Assembly: GCA_040081555.1 (NCBI GenBank)
Contig: JBEBGG010000001.1
Span: 5,622 to 69,621, forward strand
Reading direction: 5' to 3'
Length of the DNA stretch: 64,000 bases
Source of the DNA: Vicinamibacterales bacterium
GTDB lineage: Bacteria; Acidobacteriota; Vicinamibacteria; Vicinamibacterales; CAVVIG01
Below, in pieces: positions 1 through 12,914 of the stretch (position 1 is the stretch's first letter; every line of letters starts with the position of its first letter). A program made the position numbers and the translations under genes. Below the pieces are notes generated by a model. The model was not told where the DNA came from. It searched no databases and was given only the letters and a program-made list of their open reading frames with translations.

Positions 1-3000
1 GGCCGGTGCCTTCATCGTGCGAGTGCAGCGACCGGGCTTCAATACGGCGCTGACGCAGGTCGACGTGCCCGGTGTCGTGACGGCGCAGGACGTGCCGGTG
101 GCGATCGCTGCGGTGGTCGTGCCGTTTGGCACGGTGCAGCTCCAGGTGAACACCGCGAACGGGTCGCCGGTGCCGAGCGCCGTTGTCCAGAGTGACTACG
201 CGTCGACGACCGGTTCGTTCTCGAGCTTCACGGCCGATGCCAATGGCGCGCTCACGTTCCCGTCGGTGGCGGGTTTCCGCGACTTCAGGGTGCGCGCCTC
301 GCTGGCGTCGAACACGTCGGACTACCGCGAGGTCACCGCGCGCATCACCAGTGAAGGCCAGGTGCTGCCGATCACCATTGGGGTTGGTACCAGCGGATCG
401 GTGTCGGGACGCATTGTGGATAAGGCAGGCGCGCCGCTGTCAGGCATCAGCGTGCTCGCCTACAGCTCGAGCCCGCAGGTCACTCATTCCGGCACGACGG
501 ATGCGGACGGCGCCTACAGCATCACGGATGTGCCGGTTGGTGACTTCCGCCTGATGGTCACCAGCGGGCCAAATGGGACTGGCGGATCGACGCTGGCGCG
601 CATGGCGCAGCACGGCGACGCCATGACGATCGACCTGGCGCTGACCCAGGTCAGACAGCCCGTGACATTCAGCGACGCCAACGGCTACAGCTACTACATC
701 GACCAGGAGGGAAGAGTCGGCAACTTCAGGAGCACCGACGCCTTCTACACGATGTTCCGCCTGGCCGCGACCGTCTCGGGCGGTTCGAATGCCACGTTTA
801 GCGGCGACTCGCTGATGACGCCGCAGCTTGACGGGCGCCAGTTGGAGGTCAAGGACTTCGGCAACAGCGGTCCGACGCGCAAGGTCATCAGCGGCACGTC
901 GGTCTACATCACGCGGCGCGTCTATGTGCCGACGTCGGGTTACTTCGTTCGCTATCTCGACATTCTCGAGAACACGGGCGTGGCGGCGGCGTCGATCGAT
1001 CTCCAGATCTCGGGCACGCTCTCGAGTTCGACCATCGCGGCATCGTCTGACGGCGACACCACACTGGCGACGACGGACGGGTGGGTGGTGACGCACACAC
1101 CGAACAGTATTGTGATCCCGCCTGCCGGTTTGGTGCTGGTCGGTCCCGGTGCGCGGACCGGCCTCAGCACGGCCACGACGACGCTCAGCGTCAACCGGCT
1201 GCAGCCGACGCTGGCATGGAAGAACATCGTCGTGCCCGCCGGTGGCCGCGCTATCGTCATGCACTTCGGCACCCAGGAGCCGACGGTCGCTGCGGCGCAG
1301 GCGGCGGCGGAGCGTCTGGTGCAGTTGCCGCCCGAGGCGCTGACCGGCCTGTCGGCGGCCGATGCTGAGGCGATCGTCAACTTCGCGGTGCCCGTTGATT
1401 TGTCGAGCAACCAGACGGCGTTCGGCACGATCTCCGGCCAGGTGCGGCTCGGTGACGGGGTGACGCCGGCGGCCGGCGCCGTAGTGACAGTCACCGGCAG
1501 TACCACGCCGATCTTCAAGCCGTCGGTCACCGTCACCGCTGGCGCTGACGGTCAGTACTCGATTTCCACGCTGGCCGTTGGCGTCGGCACGGTGCAGGCG
1601 AAGGATGCGGTGTCGGCGGCCACCTCGCCCGTGTCGAACTTTGCGCTGTCTCAACCCGAGCTGCCGCTCACGCAGGACCTGGTCCTCGGCGGCGGCGTCC
1701 TCTCCGGCATCGTCACGGTCGGCGCCAACGCGGTGCCGCCCGGTGCAGCGATATTGATCACGGGTGGGTCGCCCGCAGTGAACCTCTCGCCGGCCGTGTC
1801 GAATGGCACCTATCGGATCAGCCTGCCGACGGGCACCTACAACGTCAGATTCACGATGACCGGCCGGACGTTCACGATGAACAACGTCGAGGTGCTGGAC
1901 GGGCAGGTGACGACGGCCAGCTATCGCTTCCCGGCGATCGCCACGGTGCGGGTCACCGTCAAGACCGCCACTGGTGCCATCCTGCCAAGCGCGAAGGTGA
2001 CGCTGACCGACGTCGGTTCGACGCACGTTGTGGCGAATGCCAATTCACTCGGTGTGGCGCTCGTGCCCACCGTGCTCGAGGGGCCGATCACGGTGACTGC
2101 CCGCACGTTCAACGGCAGCCTCGTGGCGATTGTCACTAGCCAGGTCCGTCCAGAAGACAACGGGCTCATCGTCGATGTCCTCGGGCAGGCCGCCAACGGG
2201 GGGGTGCTCGGAGTCGTGACCGCCCTTGATGGCCAGACAGGTGTGCCGTTTGCCCGCGTCAGGGTGTACGACGTCGAGCGGAACGTGCAGATCGACAACG
2301 ACTTCACGGCCAGCGACGGCAGTTACAGCTTCCCGTCGGTCTCGGTGATTGGCAGTCAAGGCTTCCTGGTTCGGGTCTTCTCGCCGTTCGACACGTCCCT
2401 CACGTCAGAGCAGACCGGATCCTTTGCCGATGGCCTGGCGCAGACCCTGAACTTCTCGCTGCCGATTGGTGTCCTGCGCGGCACGGTGACGCTCGACGGC
2501 ACGGAGCCGATCCCCGGGGCGACCGTGCGCCTGTATCAGGAACTGGCTGGCTTCGTCGACGTTCAGTCGGCGACCGCAAATCCGCAAGGGGAGTATGCGT
2601 TTGTGGGCCAGGGACCTGGCAACTTCGAACTCGTCGCCACAGAACCTTCCCAGATTCAGATTCCAGAGGACTGGGCTGGAGAGCCACTGCCGCCCGAACG
2701 GTTGCTCAACGCCACCGTGACGGGCACGATTCCGGCGTCGCCTGCCGTCGTCACGGCGAACGTGCAGATGCCGCCGTTTGGCACGGTGGTCGTGGAGGTC
2801 CAGGACTCAGACGGCTCGACGCTCGATGAGGTGTCGGCCGGACTGGCCAGCGGCGGTGTTGTCACCCGCGCGGCCACTTACTACGACCCTGATAGTGGGG
2901 GAAGTTCTTCGGTGACGTTCGAACACGTGCCGCTTGGCCCGTTCACGGTTCAGGGCTGCTGGATCGTCGACGTATCACGCTGCGGGACGGCGGTCGGCAC

Positions 3001-4051
3001 GATGACTTCGCCCAACCAGATCGTGCACATGACGGTGCAGGTGCGCGACGGCGTTCACGTCTACGGCCAAGCTCAGAATGCCGATGATTCGGCGCGGGCG
3101 AACTCCAGGGTGGTGCTCAAGGCCGGTACCGATGGCGTCCTCGAGCCCTGGACGGACACCTACGACACCGACGACAGCGGCTTCTTCGACTTCGGCTATA
3201 TCCCGTCAGGGCCCTTCACGCTGGTCCTCGAGGATCAGAGCGACGGGATTCCCATCGGCGTCGTCCAGGCGACGGGGGCCCCTGATGGCGACCTCGAAGT
3301 GAACATCAGGGCGTCGGCAGGCGTGGTCGGATGCAACCCCTCGCTGACCACCACTGACACGTTCCGCTACGACGTGTCGTGCGTCGGTGAGTTGCGGACG
3401 GGCGGAACGACGGATGACCGATTGGCACCCGCGTACGCACCGGCAGCGTCTCTGCTGACCGTGCAGGGAGTGTCGCCGACAGCAGAACCGGCGGCGCAGC
3501 TCGAGGTCGGCGATCGACAGGTCGCGCATGGCCCACGAGGGGTTGGCGCGGTTACCGTCACGCGCCGGGCCTACGTGCCTGAGGCGGGCGGGTTTGCCAG
3601 GTTCCTCGAGACGTTGACGAACAACAGCAGCACGGCGCTGACGGTTGAGGTGCGCGTCGACTCGGTGCTGGCCGGCCCAATCCACACGCTTGTCGAGCCG
3701 ACAGCCACCGGGAACACCTACGCCGTCACGCTGGCGACGCCGGTCCTGTCCGAGGACGGGAATCTCGCTCGGCCGATGCTGGCCCATGTGTTTGCCGGAC
3801 CCTCGGCCGCGGTCGGTGTCGCGAACACGCACTTCCAGTGGCTCAGTGGTCCGTCGTACTACACGTGGACGGTGACCATCCCGGCGGGCGAGTCCGTATC
3901 ACTGATGCACTTCGCGGTGCAGGGCGAGCCTGACAACCTCGCGGCGACTGACGCGCTCGCGCAGAGCCTCGCGAACCTCTCGAACGCTGACGCGCTGAAC
4001 GGATTGTCGGTGGAGGAGAAGGCCGGCGTGGTGAACTTCAATATCCCCTAG
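1..4051 (+). CDS. Giant secreted/surface protein, 5' end off the window. Contains many carboxypeptidase-regulatory-like (CarboxypepD_reg) beta-sandwich repeats and two copies of an uncharacterised ~250-aa domain.
   Basis: ORF 17..4051 stays open in frame back to nt 2 (GAFIVRV...). Recurrent motif G-x-V-x-D-x-x-G-x-P...DG-x-Y-x-(I/L)...G-x-(Y/F)-x-(L/V). Stop TAG at 4049-4051. Confidence 0.8.
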   Translation, partial: AGAFIVRVQRPGFNTALTQVDVPGVVTAQDVPVAIAAVVVPFGTVQLQVNTANGSPVPSAVVQSDYASTTGSFSSFTADANGALTFPSVAGFRDFRVRASLASNTSDYREVTARITSEGQVLPITIGVGTSGSVSGRIVDKAGAPLSGISVLAYSSSPQVTHSGTTDADGAYSITDVPVGDFRLMVTSGPNGTGGSTLARMAQHGDAMTIDLALTQVRQPVTFSDANGYSYYIDQEGRVGNFRSTDAFYTMFRLAATVSGGSNATFSGDSLMTPQLDGRQLEVKDFGNSGPTRKVISGTSVYITRRVYVPTSGYFVRYLDILENTGVAAASIDLQISGTLSSSTIAASSDGDTTLATTDGWVVTHTPNSIVIPPAGLVLVGPGARTGLSTATTTLSVNRLQPTLAWKNIVVPAGGRAIVMHFGTQEPTVAAAQAAAERLVQLPPEALTGLSAADAEAIVNFAVPVDLSSNQTAFGTISGQVRLGDGVTPAAGAVVTVTGSTTPIFKPSVTVTAGADGQYSISTLAVGVGTVQAKDAVSAATSPVSNFALSQPELPLTQDLVLGGGVLSGIVTVGANAVPPGAAILITGGSPAVNLSPAVSNGTYRISLPTGTYNVRFTMTGRTFTMNNVEVLDGQVTTASYRFPAIATVRVTVKTATGAILPSAKVTLTDVGSTHVVANANSLGVALVPTVLEGPITVTARTFNGSLVAIVTSQVRPEDNGLIVDVLGQAANGGVLGVVTALDGQTGVPFARVRVYDVERNVQIDNDFTASDGSYSFPSVSVIGSQGFLVRVFSPFDTSLTSEQTGSFADGLAQTLNFSLPIGVLRGTVTLDGTEPIPGATVRLYQELAGFVDVQSATANPQGEYAFVGQGPGNFELVATEPSQIQIPEDWAGEPLPPERLLNATVTGTIPASPAVVTANVQMPPFGTVVVEVQDSDGSTLDEVSAGLASGGVVTRAATYYDPDSGGSSSVTFEHVPLGPFTVQGCWIVDVSRCGTAVGTMTSPNQIVHMTVQVRDGVHVYGQAQNADDSARANSRVVLKAGTDGVLEPWTDTYDTDDSGFFDFGYIPSGPFTLVLEDQSDGIPIGVVQATGAPDGDLEVNIRASAGVVGCNPSLTTTDTFRYDVSCVGELRTGGTTDDRLAPAYAPAASLLTVQGVSPTAEPAAQLEVGDRQVAHGPRGVGAVTVTRRAYVPEAGGFARFLETLTNNSSTALTVEVRVDSVLAGPIHTLVEPTATGNTYAVTLATPVLSEDGNLARPMLAHVFAGPSAAVGVANTHFQWLSGPSYYTWTVTIPAGESVSLMHFAVQGEPDNLAATDALAQSLANLSNADALNGLSVEEKAGVVNFNIP

Positions 4052-4054
4052 ACG

Positions 4055-4094
4055 GGTTCCAGGTTCCGAGATTCCGAGATTCCGAGATTCCACC
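4055..4094. repeat. Short tandem repeat of an 8-nt unit (ATTCCGAG), two perfect and about three degenerate copies
   Basis: Read directly: ggttccag gttccgag attccgag attccgag attccacc. It lies just after the stop of the giant ORF, in a convergent intergenic region. Confidence 0.8.
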
Positions 4095-4131
4095 GTGCGG
4101 TGGAGTGGTTTGGACGTGCCCGGAGGAGCGC

Positions 4132-4149
4132 GGACGGCGGCAGCCGTCC
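4132..4149 (+). terminator. Possible terminator hairpin (GGACGGC-ggca-GCCGTCC) between convergent genes. There is no clear U-tract.
   Basis: Perfect 7-bp inverted repeat with a 4-nt loop, followed by gttctgg. Confidence 0.3.
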
Positions 4150-4232
4150 GTTCTGGGATCGAGCAGGCTTGGGCCGGCAGTGCGCGAACGGACTACGGCG
4201 CGGGTCCGCCGTAAAGTACTGAGACGTTCGGC

Positions 4233-6122
4233 TTACGGGAGCGCTGGCGCTGAAGGGGAAGCCACGCCAAGCAGGCGGCGCAGTTCTTCGCCCTCAATCA
4301 CTTCCACATCCAACAGGCGCCGGGTAATGGTTTCGAGTTGGAGATGGTGGTCGGTGAGAATCGTTCGGGCCTTGCTGTGCGCATCGTTGAGCAGCCGAGA
4401 AACTTCTGAGTCGATTCTCTGAGCGGTCTCTTCGCCATAGAGGCCGCGCTCTGCGCTGAGGCCGATGTCGAGAAACCGCGGACGCTTGCCGCCGTCGTAG
4501 TTGATGGCGCCAATCTCGTCGCTCATCCCATACTCGGTGACCATCGCGCGAGCCATCTCGGTGGCCCGCTGTAGGTCGTTGTGGGCGCCCGTAGAAATCT
4601 CGCCGAGCGCAATCTCCTCGGCGGTGCGTCCGCCCATCAGGATCGCCAGTTCGATGAGCATGTGCGAGCGTGTCTTCAGATACCGGTCCTCGCTCGGCAG
4701 GTGCAGCGTGTAGCCGAGGGCGCCAAACCCTCGCCCGACGATCGAAACCTTGTGCACCGGGTCCGGGCTCTCGAGAATCGTCGCCACGATGGCATGGCCG
4801 GTCTCGTGGTAGGCCACCGTCTCCCGTTCCTTGGTGGTCATTACGCGCTTACGCTCGAGTCCGGCGACGAGGCGCTCGATGGCGTTCTCGAAGTCCGCCG
4901 CGCCTACCGCGGTCTTGTCGCCGCGGGCCGCGAGCAGAGCTGCTTCGTTGACCAGATTGGCGAGGTCGGCGCCGGCAAATCCACCGGTGCGTCCGGCTAC
5001 CAGTTTGAAGTCGACATCTTCGGCCAACTTCACGTTCTGTGCGTGGATGCGCAAGATCTGCTCGCGCCCGCGCACGTCCGGCTTGTCGACCAAGACCTGG
5101 CGATCAAAACGACCAGGGCGGAGCAGCGCCGCATCCAGCACCTCAGGGCGGTTGGTCGCCGCCATGATGATGACGCCCTTGCGCGAGTCGAAGCCGTCCA
5201 TTTCCGCGAGCAACTGGTTGAGGGTCTGCTCCCGCTCCTCGTGGCTGCCGACCGGGCCCTGGACGCGTGCCTTGCCGAGCGCGTCGAGCTCGTCGATGAA
5301 CACGATGCAGGGGGCCTTGGCCTCGGCCTGCTGGAACAGATCTCTGATGCGTGCGGCGCCGACGCCGACAAACATCTCGACAAATTCTGAGCCGCTCAAG
5401 CTGAAGAACGGCACTGACGCTTCACCTGCCACGGCGCGGGCCAGCAGGGTCTTGCCCGTGCCTGGAGGACCGACAAGCAGGACCCCTTTGGGAATCCTGC
5501 CGCCCAGGTTGGTGTACTTCTTGGGATTCTTGAGGAACTCGACGATCTCCATGAGTTCCTCGCGCGCTTCGTCGACGCCAGCGACGTCCTTGAAGCGCAC
5601 CTTCACTTCGTCTTCTGCGTAGGCTTTGGCGCGGCTCTTGGCAAAGGACATGACGCCGCCCTCCGCACCCCCCATGCGCCGGAAGAACAGTCCCCAGAGG
5701 GCCACGACAAAGACCAGTGGCAGGAGCCATCCCATGAGCTCGCCGACCCAGCGATTGACCGCCTCGCCGCTGTACTTCACGCCGCGTGCTTCAAGCTCCT
5801 CGGTGAGCTTCGGGTCGTCCACCCGGGTCACGACAAACTGCTTGCTCTGCTTCGGGTCGCCGGGGAACGGTACCTTCAGCGTCCCGGTGACAAGTTCCTC
5901 GCCGATCTTGATCTCGTCGACCGCGCCCTCTTTCACGAGCGACTTGAACTCGCTATAGGGAATCGAGCGTCCGGTGGGCACGAGAAAATAGACCTGACCC
6001 ACCCCCAGCAACAGCAGCAGCGCGACGCCATACCACGCTGTGGATCCCGGACGGCCAAGAAAACCCGGCCGGCGGTCCTTGCCGCGTGGCTTGAGGGGGT
6101 TGGTTGGGGCAGGCGTTGACAT
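4233..6122 (-). CDS. ftsH: ATP-dependent zinc metalloprotease FtsH
   Basis: Two N-terminal TM segments, Walker [19 protein letters not shown], and the HETGHA zinc motif. ATG at 6122. Confidence 0.97.
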   Translation of the reverse strand: MSTPAPTNPLKPRGKDRRPGFLGRPGSTAWYGVALLLLLGVGQVYFLVPTGRSIPYSEFKSLVKEGAVDEIKIGEELVTGTLKVPFPGDPKQSKQFVVTRVDDPKLTEELEARGVKYSGEAVNRWVGELMGWLLPLVFVVALWGLFFRRMGGAEGGVMSFAKSRAKAYAEDEVKVRFKDVAGVDEAREELMEIVEFLKNPKKYTNLGGRIPKGVLLVGPPGTGKTLLARAVAGEASVPFFSLSGSEFVEMFVGVGAARIRDLFQQAEAKAPCIVFIDELDALGKARVQGPVGSHEEREQTLNQLLAEMDGFDSRKGVIIMAATNRPEVLDAALLRPGRFDRQVLVDKPDVRGREQILRIHAQNVKLAEDVDFKLVAGRTGGFAGADLANLVNEAALLAARGDKTAVGAADFENAIERLVAGLERKRVMTTKERETVAYHETGHAIVATILESPDPVHKVSIVGRGFGALGYTLHLPSEDRYLKTRSHMLIELAILMGGRTAEEIALGEISTGAHNDLQRATEMARAMVTEYGMSDEIGAINYDGGKRPRFLDIGLSAERGLYGEETAQRIDSEVSRLLNDAHSKARTILTDHHLQLETITRRLLDVEVIEGEELRRLLGVASPSAPALP

Positions 6123-6131
6123 ACGTTTTCA

Positions 6132-8693
<2,562 letters not shown>

Positions 8694-8749
8694 GGTCGTT
8701 GCCCTACGGAGGAATGCGCGTTCGCGGAGGCGCGGAGATGAGCGTGTGG

Positions 8750-9715
8750 CTATAGACCTGACTTCACCAGTTCTTCGAAACTGCGTCGTTGTTCGTCCGT
8801 CAGTGTTCTGGGGAGTTGGACATCCGCGGTTGCGTAGAGATCCCCGGGCTCCTCCGGTTTGTTACTGACCGGCATCCCTTGGCCTTTCAGCCGAAACACC
8901 TGGCCGTTCTGAGTTCCCGGTGGCACTTTGAGGCGCAGCGACTTGCCGGCCAGCGTCACGACGTCAGCCTCGCCGCCAAGAACCGCGGTCGTGAGCGGGA
9001 GGGCCACGCGCGTGTAGAGATCCCGGCCCTTGCGCTCGAACTTCGGGTGCGGCGCGAGGCGAATACGCAGGAAGAGATCGCCCGACTTTGCGCCCGACGT
9101 GCCGGGTTCACCTTCGCCAGCAATTCGCACCCGTGACCCATCGCCCACGCCCGCCGGAATCCTGACGTCGACCGTGCGAGCCTGTCCACCGTGGGTTAAC
9201 TGCAGTCGCTGCGTCGTGCCATTGAGGGCGTCTTCAAGTGTGAGTTCGAGTTCGTGCTCGGCGTCTCGCCCTGGCCGCGGTGCACGGGTGCGCCCGCCCA
9301 TGTCCGCGGACGGGCCGCCTCCACCGCCGAAGAACGTCTGGAAGAAGTCCGAGAAATCGACGCCGCCTCCGGCGCGGCCGCCACCAAACATCTGCTCGAA
9401 CTCTTCCGGCGTCACCGTGCGCGAGCCACCCGGGGCGCGTCCGCCACCAAAGGGATGGCCGGACTGGCCGGCGGGACCCGCCTGTTCGTAGTTGCGCCAG
9501 TTGGCGCCAAGTTCGTCGTACTTGCGGCGTTTGTCAGCGTCGCCTAGCACTTCGTAGGCCTCGTTGAGTTCCTTGAACCTCGACTCAGCAGATTTATCAC
9601 CCGGGTTCACGTCCGGGTGGTGCTTCCGCGCCAGCTTCCGAAAGGCCGCCTTGAGCTCCTTGTCGGTCGCCGTCTTCGAGACACCGAGCGTCTTGTAGTA
9701 GTCCTTGAAGTCCAT
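8750..9715 (-). CDS. J-domain co-chaperone lacking the Cys-rich zinc finger (CbpA/DnaJ-like)
   Basis: KDYYKTLGV...[10 protein letters not shown]-domain, a G-rich linker, a DnaJ C-terminal domain, and no CxxCxGxG repeats. ATG at 9715. An alternative TTG at 9733 abuts the hspR stop. Confidence 0.9.
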   Translation of the reverse strand: MDFKDYYKTLGVSKTATDKELKAAFRKLARKHHPDVNPGDKSAESRFKELNEAYEVLGDADKRRKYDELGANWRNYEQAGPAGQSGHPFGGGRAPGGSRTVTPEEFEQMFGGGRAGGGVDFSDFFQTFFGGGGGPSADMGGRTRAPRPGRDAEHELELTLEDALNGTTQRLQLTHGGQARTVDVRIPAGVGDGSRVRIAGEGEPGTSGAKSGDLFLRIRLAPHPKFERKGRDLYTRVALPLTTAVLGGEADVVTLAGKSLRLKVPPGTQNGQVFRLKGQGMPVSNKPEEPGDLYATADVQLPRTLTDEQRRSFEELVKSGL

Positions 9716-9729
9716 GTCCGTCGATGCCG

Positions 9730-10071
9730 TCAATCGAAACCGAGAAGTGCGGAGAGCTGGTCGAGATCCTGTATCAGGCGCCGAAGTTCCCGCTTGGGGG
9801 CATCGTCGCGCGCCATCGGCCGCATGCGTTGCACGACTTCGGCGATCGAGAGCAGGCGCTGCACCCCGGCGAGGTTGATGCCGGCGTCGTCTACCAATCG
9901 CTTGATGAGGCGAAGCCGCTCGAGCTCGTCGCGGGAGTACAGGCGCATGCTGCCGATGGTGCGGTTGGGTCGAACGAGCCCGAGCCGCTCGTACTTACGC
10001 AGCGTCTGAGGGTGCATGCCGAGCATGCGGGCCGCGACGCTGATCAGAAACAGTTCATCGGAGATGGTCAT
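9730..10071 (-). CDS. hspR: MerR-family heat-shock regulator, HspR-like
   Basis: N-terminal MerR HTH (ISVAARMLGMHPQTLRKYERLGLV). It is the first gene upstream of the J-protein, clpB and ftsH. Confidence 0.8.
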   Translation of the reverse strand: MTISDELFLISVAARMLGMHPQTLRKYERLGLVRPNRTIGSMRLYSRDELERLRLIKRLVDDAGINLAGVQRLLSIAEVVQRMRPMARDDAPKRELRRLIQDLDQLSALLGFD

Positions 10072-10092
10072 ACCTGAAATTGCGCCAAGTCG

Positions 10093-10121
10093 AGTATAGG
10101 TATTGATACGTACCGTGTCAA
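10093..10121 (-). promoter_or_regulatory. Near-consensus sigma70-type promoter for the hspR operon: TTGACA-N17-TATACT on the minus strand
   Basis: Plus-strand tgtcaa at 10116-10121 is the -35 and agtata at 10093-10098 is the -10, with a 17-nt spacer. It lies about 22 nt upstream of the hspR ATG (10071). Confidence 0.55.
10103..10121. promoter_or_regulatory. Imperfect inverted repeat TTGATAC-N5-GTGTCAA overlapping the -35 element. Candidate HspR/MerR-type operator.
   Basis: Read directly. It is nested inside a perfect outer inverted repeat, AGTATAGG (10093-10100) and CCTATACT (10131-10138). Confidence 0.4.
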
Positions 10122-10146
10122 CGTTTAAATCCTATACTGGCTGAAC

Positions 10147-10884
10147 ATGGATGCCCTGCTGTCAGCGTTTTCAGACGTGCACGTGTCGGACTTTGTCACC
10201 GTTGGCCTGCTGGTCGTCCTGGAAGGGCTGCTGAGCGCGGACAATGCGATGGTGCTGGCTGTCCTGGTGCTGGGGCTCCCAAAGGTCGAGCAGCAGAAGG
10301 CGCTGCGCTACGGCATTCTGGGTGCGTTCGCGTTTCGCTCGGTGGCGACGCTGGCTGCTGCCTACCTGATCAGCCTGGGCTGGGTGAAACTGGCCGGGGC
10401 CGCATACCTGCTCTATCTCACCGTGCACCACTTCACACAGCAGAGAGGGGACGAGGTACGTCGAACACCCAGGAAGGCCGCGGGCCTTCTGGGGCTGTCG
10501 CCGTTCTGGACGACCGTGGTGAAGGTGGAGTTCACGGACATCGTGTTTGCCATCGATTCGATTCTGGTGGCGGTCGCCATGTCCCCCAAGCTGTGGGTGA
10601 TCCTTACCGGTGGCATCCTCGGCATCGTGATGATGCGGATGGTCATCGGCCGGCTGCTGGCGATCGTCGAGCGGTATCCGCCGCTGGTGGACGGCGCATT
10701 CATCATCATCGCGTGGGTCGGCATTCGGCTGCTGGTGGAATACCTGCACGCTGGGCACTACATCAGCTTCGAGATCCCGGAGTGGCTGTCGCTTGGCCTG
10801 ATCGTGGTGATCTTCGTCTCGTCCTATGTCTACGCGCGATCGGCTGCCGCCGGTGACCCAAGGCCCCCACAGGTGGAACGGTGA
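10147..10884 (+). CDS. TerC-family integral membrane protein
   Basis: Polytopic membrane protein with the TerC signature LLSADNAMVLAV. ATG at 10147. Confidence 0.88.
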   Translation: MDALLSAFSDVHVSDFVTVGLLVVLEGLLSADNAMVLAVLVLGLPKVEQQKALRYGILGAFAFRSVATLAAAYLISLGWVKLAGAAYLLYLTVHHFTQQRGDEVRRTPRKAAGLLGLSPFWTTVVKVEFTDIVFAIDSILVAVAMSPKLWVILTGGILGIVMMRMVIGRLLAIVERYPPLVDGAFIIIAWVGIRLLVEYLHAGHYISFEIPEWLSLGLIVVIFVSSYVYARSAAAGDPRPPQVER

Positions 10885-12887
10885 CCCGGCGCGGCCGACT
10901 CCTGCGCCGCGTCATCGTCGCGGGCGCGGCCGTCGGGCTCGCGGGGGGCGGAGTGCTCGGATGGCTCGGTGTCCGGTACTCAGGCGCTGTCCGGACGCTC
11001 ACGCGGGGTGTGGGCGACACCACATTCCTTTCAGCGGACGGGAAGCCCTGGTTTCGGCTCGACGAGATGCGACACGACGTGCCGCTGTCTGCGATCGCGG
11101 CAGATCTGCAGCATGCCGTCGTTGCCGTTGAAGATCGCCGGTTCTATTTGCATCCGGGCATCGACCCCATCGGTGTGACACGAGCGATCGTCCGGGATCT
11201 GCGAGCGGGTGGAAAGGCCGAGGGCGGCAGCACGCTGACGCAGCAGCTTGCCCGTACGCTGTTTCTTTCCAACGCGCGCACGGCCGGTCGCAAGGTGAAG
11301 GAAGCGGCCATCGCGCTCACCATTGAGGTGCAGCTGACCAAGCCTCAGATTCTGGAGCTGTACCTCAATCGCATTTATCTGAGTGCGGGCGTCTACGGGG
11401 TGCAGGCGATGTCCGAGAGCCTGTTCCGCAAACCGGCGAGTGCCGTCACGTTGTCTGAGGCGGCGATGATCGCAGGGCTCATTCGTGCGCCGGCGACGCT
11501 CTCGCCGTGGACCAACTACGATGCGTCGATACGGCGCAGCCACGTGGTGCTGGCGCAGATGCGCCAGCAGGGATTCATCACTGCTGCGCAGGAGGCGGAC
11601 GCGCGCGCGGCGCGTCCAGTGGTTCAGGCGTACAAGCGGGCCGCCGAAGGCGCGAGTGGTTGGGCGAAGGACTACCTGCGGCAGCAGTTTCGAAACGAGT
11701 TCGGCGGTGACCACCCACCGGACTGGACCGTGCAGACCACGTTCGATCGCCATCTGCAGTCGGTGGGTGAGCAGGCCGTCGCCAACGGTCTGAAGCGCGT
11801 CGGGCGGCCGGGGCTGCAGGCCGCGTTTGTGGCGATTGACCCGCGGAACGGTCATATTCTGGCGATGGTCGGCGGGGCCGACTATCGCGCCAGCACGTTC
11901 AATCGGGCGGTGCGCTCGGAGCGGCAACCCGGGTCGGCCTTCAAGCCGCTGGTCTATGCGGCAGCGCTCGGGCACGGCTACTCGCCGGTCTCGATGCTCA
12001 CGGGGCTGTCGCGGTCGTCGGCGCCCGGCGATCCCGAATGGGTGCCAAGGAACGCCTCGACGAGAGAAGTGGCCGATGCGCTGACCCTGCGCGACGCGCT
12101 CGCCGAATCCAACAACGCGGCCGCCGCGCTGCTCATGCAGAAGCTGACGGCGCGGCCGGTGCTCGAGTTGGCCAACAACGCGGGCCTCGCCGGCCTGCCT
12201 GATGTGCCGTCCCTCGCACTAGGTACCGGCGAGGTAACGCCTCTGGCGCTGACCTCCGCTTACGCGGCATTCGTGAATGGCGGCGCTTGGTCCCTGCCAC
12301 GGTCGGTCATGTCGGTCAGGGACGCGGAGGGCAGCGAGGTCTACGCAACGACCATCACGCAAAAGGTGGTGATGTCGCCTGGCGTCGCATACCAGATGGT
12401 CAGCATGTTGCGCGACGTCGTCGATCGGGGCACCGGCGTCTCAGCGCGGGCGCTAGGAGTGGCTGGGCCGGTGGGTGGAAAGACCGGCACGACCAACGAC
12501 TATCACGATGCGTGGTTTGTCGGCTTCTCGACCGCGGTGGTGGCCGGCGTGTGGGTGGGGTTCGATACCCCTCAATCAATCGGCCGCGATGCCTATGGCG
12601 CGAGCATCGCACTGCCGATCTGGGCGGAGTTCATGAAGAAGTCCGGATTGCCCGCGGCGGAGTTTCCACGGCCCGACGGGATTGAGCCGGTCGCGTTGTG
12701 CAGCCTGTCGCATGAGCGTCCTGTGGACGGTTGCCCGGTCTATACGGAGTACTTCAAGGACGGTGACCAGGTGCCGTCAGACCAGTGCCATGTGCATCAG
12801 GGGTCCTTGCGGCAGCAGGTGGCACGCGTTGTTGGCGGGTTTTTTAAGGAGATCGGCGGACGGCTGCGCGGAATCTTCGGGAGGTAG
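10881..12887 (+). CDS. Bifunctional class A penicillin-binding protein (transglycosylase/transpeptidase), PBP1A family
   Basis: GT51 motifs AVVAVEDRRFYLHPGIDP and GGSTLTQQLAR, transpeptidase motifs SAFKP and KTGTTND. The GTG start overlaps the TerC stop (GTGA). Confidence 0.93.
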   Translation: MTRRGRLLRRVIVAGAAVGLAGGGVLGWLGVRYSGAVRTLTRGVGDTTFLSADGKPWFRLDEMRHDVPLSAIAADLQHAVVAVEDRRFYLHPGIDPIGVTRAIVRDLRAGGKAEGGSTLTQQLARTLFLSNARTAGRKVKEAAIALTIEVQLTKPQILELYLNRIYLSAGVYGVQAMSESLFRKPASAVTLSEAAMIAGLIRAPATLSPWTNYDASIRRSHVVLAQMRQQGFITAAQEADARAARPVVQAYKRAAEGASGWAKDYLRQQFRNEFGGDHPPDWTVQTTFDRHLQSVGEQAVANGLKRVGRPGLQAAFVAIDPRNGHILAMVGGADYRASTFNRAVRSERQPGSAFKPLVYAAALGHGYSPVSMLTGLSRSSAPGDPEWVPRNASTREVADALTLRDALAESNNAAAALLMQKLTARPVLELANNAGLAGLPDVPSLALGTGEVTPLALTSAYAAFVNGGAWSLPRSVMSVRDAEGSEVYATTITQKVVMSPGVAYQMVSMLRDVVDRGTGVSARALGVAGPVGGKTGTTNDYHDAWFVGFSTAVVAGVWVGFDTPQSIGRDAYGASIALPIWAEFMKKSGLPAAEFPRPDGIEPVALCSLSHERPVDGCPVYTEYFKDGDQVPSDQCHVHQGSLRQQVARVVGGFFKEIGGRLRGIFGR

Positions 12888-12914
12888 TCCCGGCCGTGGT
12901 GTCGCTCCTTTACG

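Noticed and set aside
4055-4094. CRISPR-like or larger repeat array.
   Set aside because: The unit is only 8 nt, there are no spacers, and no cas genes are present. It is a simple microsatellite.
10093-10138. Classical HAIR operator (CTTGAGT-N7-ACTCAAG) for HspR.
   Set aside because: No match to the consensus. Only a different inverted repeat is present, which I report as a candidate, not as HAIR.
10072-10146. Looked for a yybP-ykoY (Mn) riboswitch upstream of the TerC-family gene.
   Set aside because: The intergenic region is only 75 nt. It is occupied by the divergent hspR promoter and inverted repeats, leaving no room for the ~100-nt riboswitch and none of its conserved core visible.
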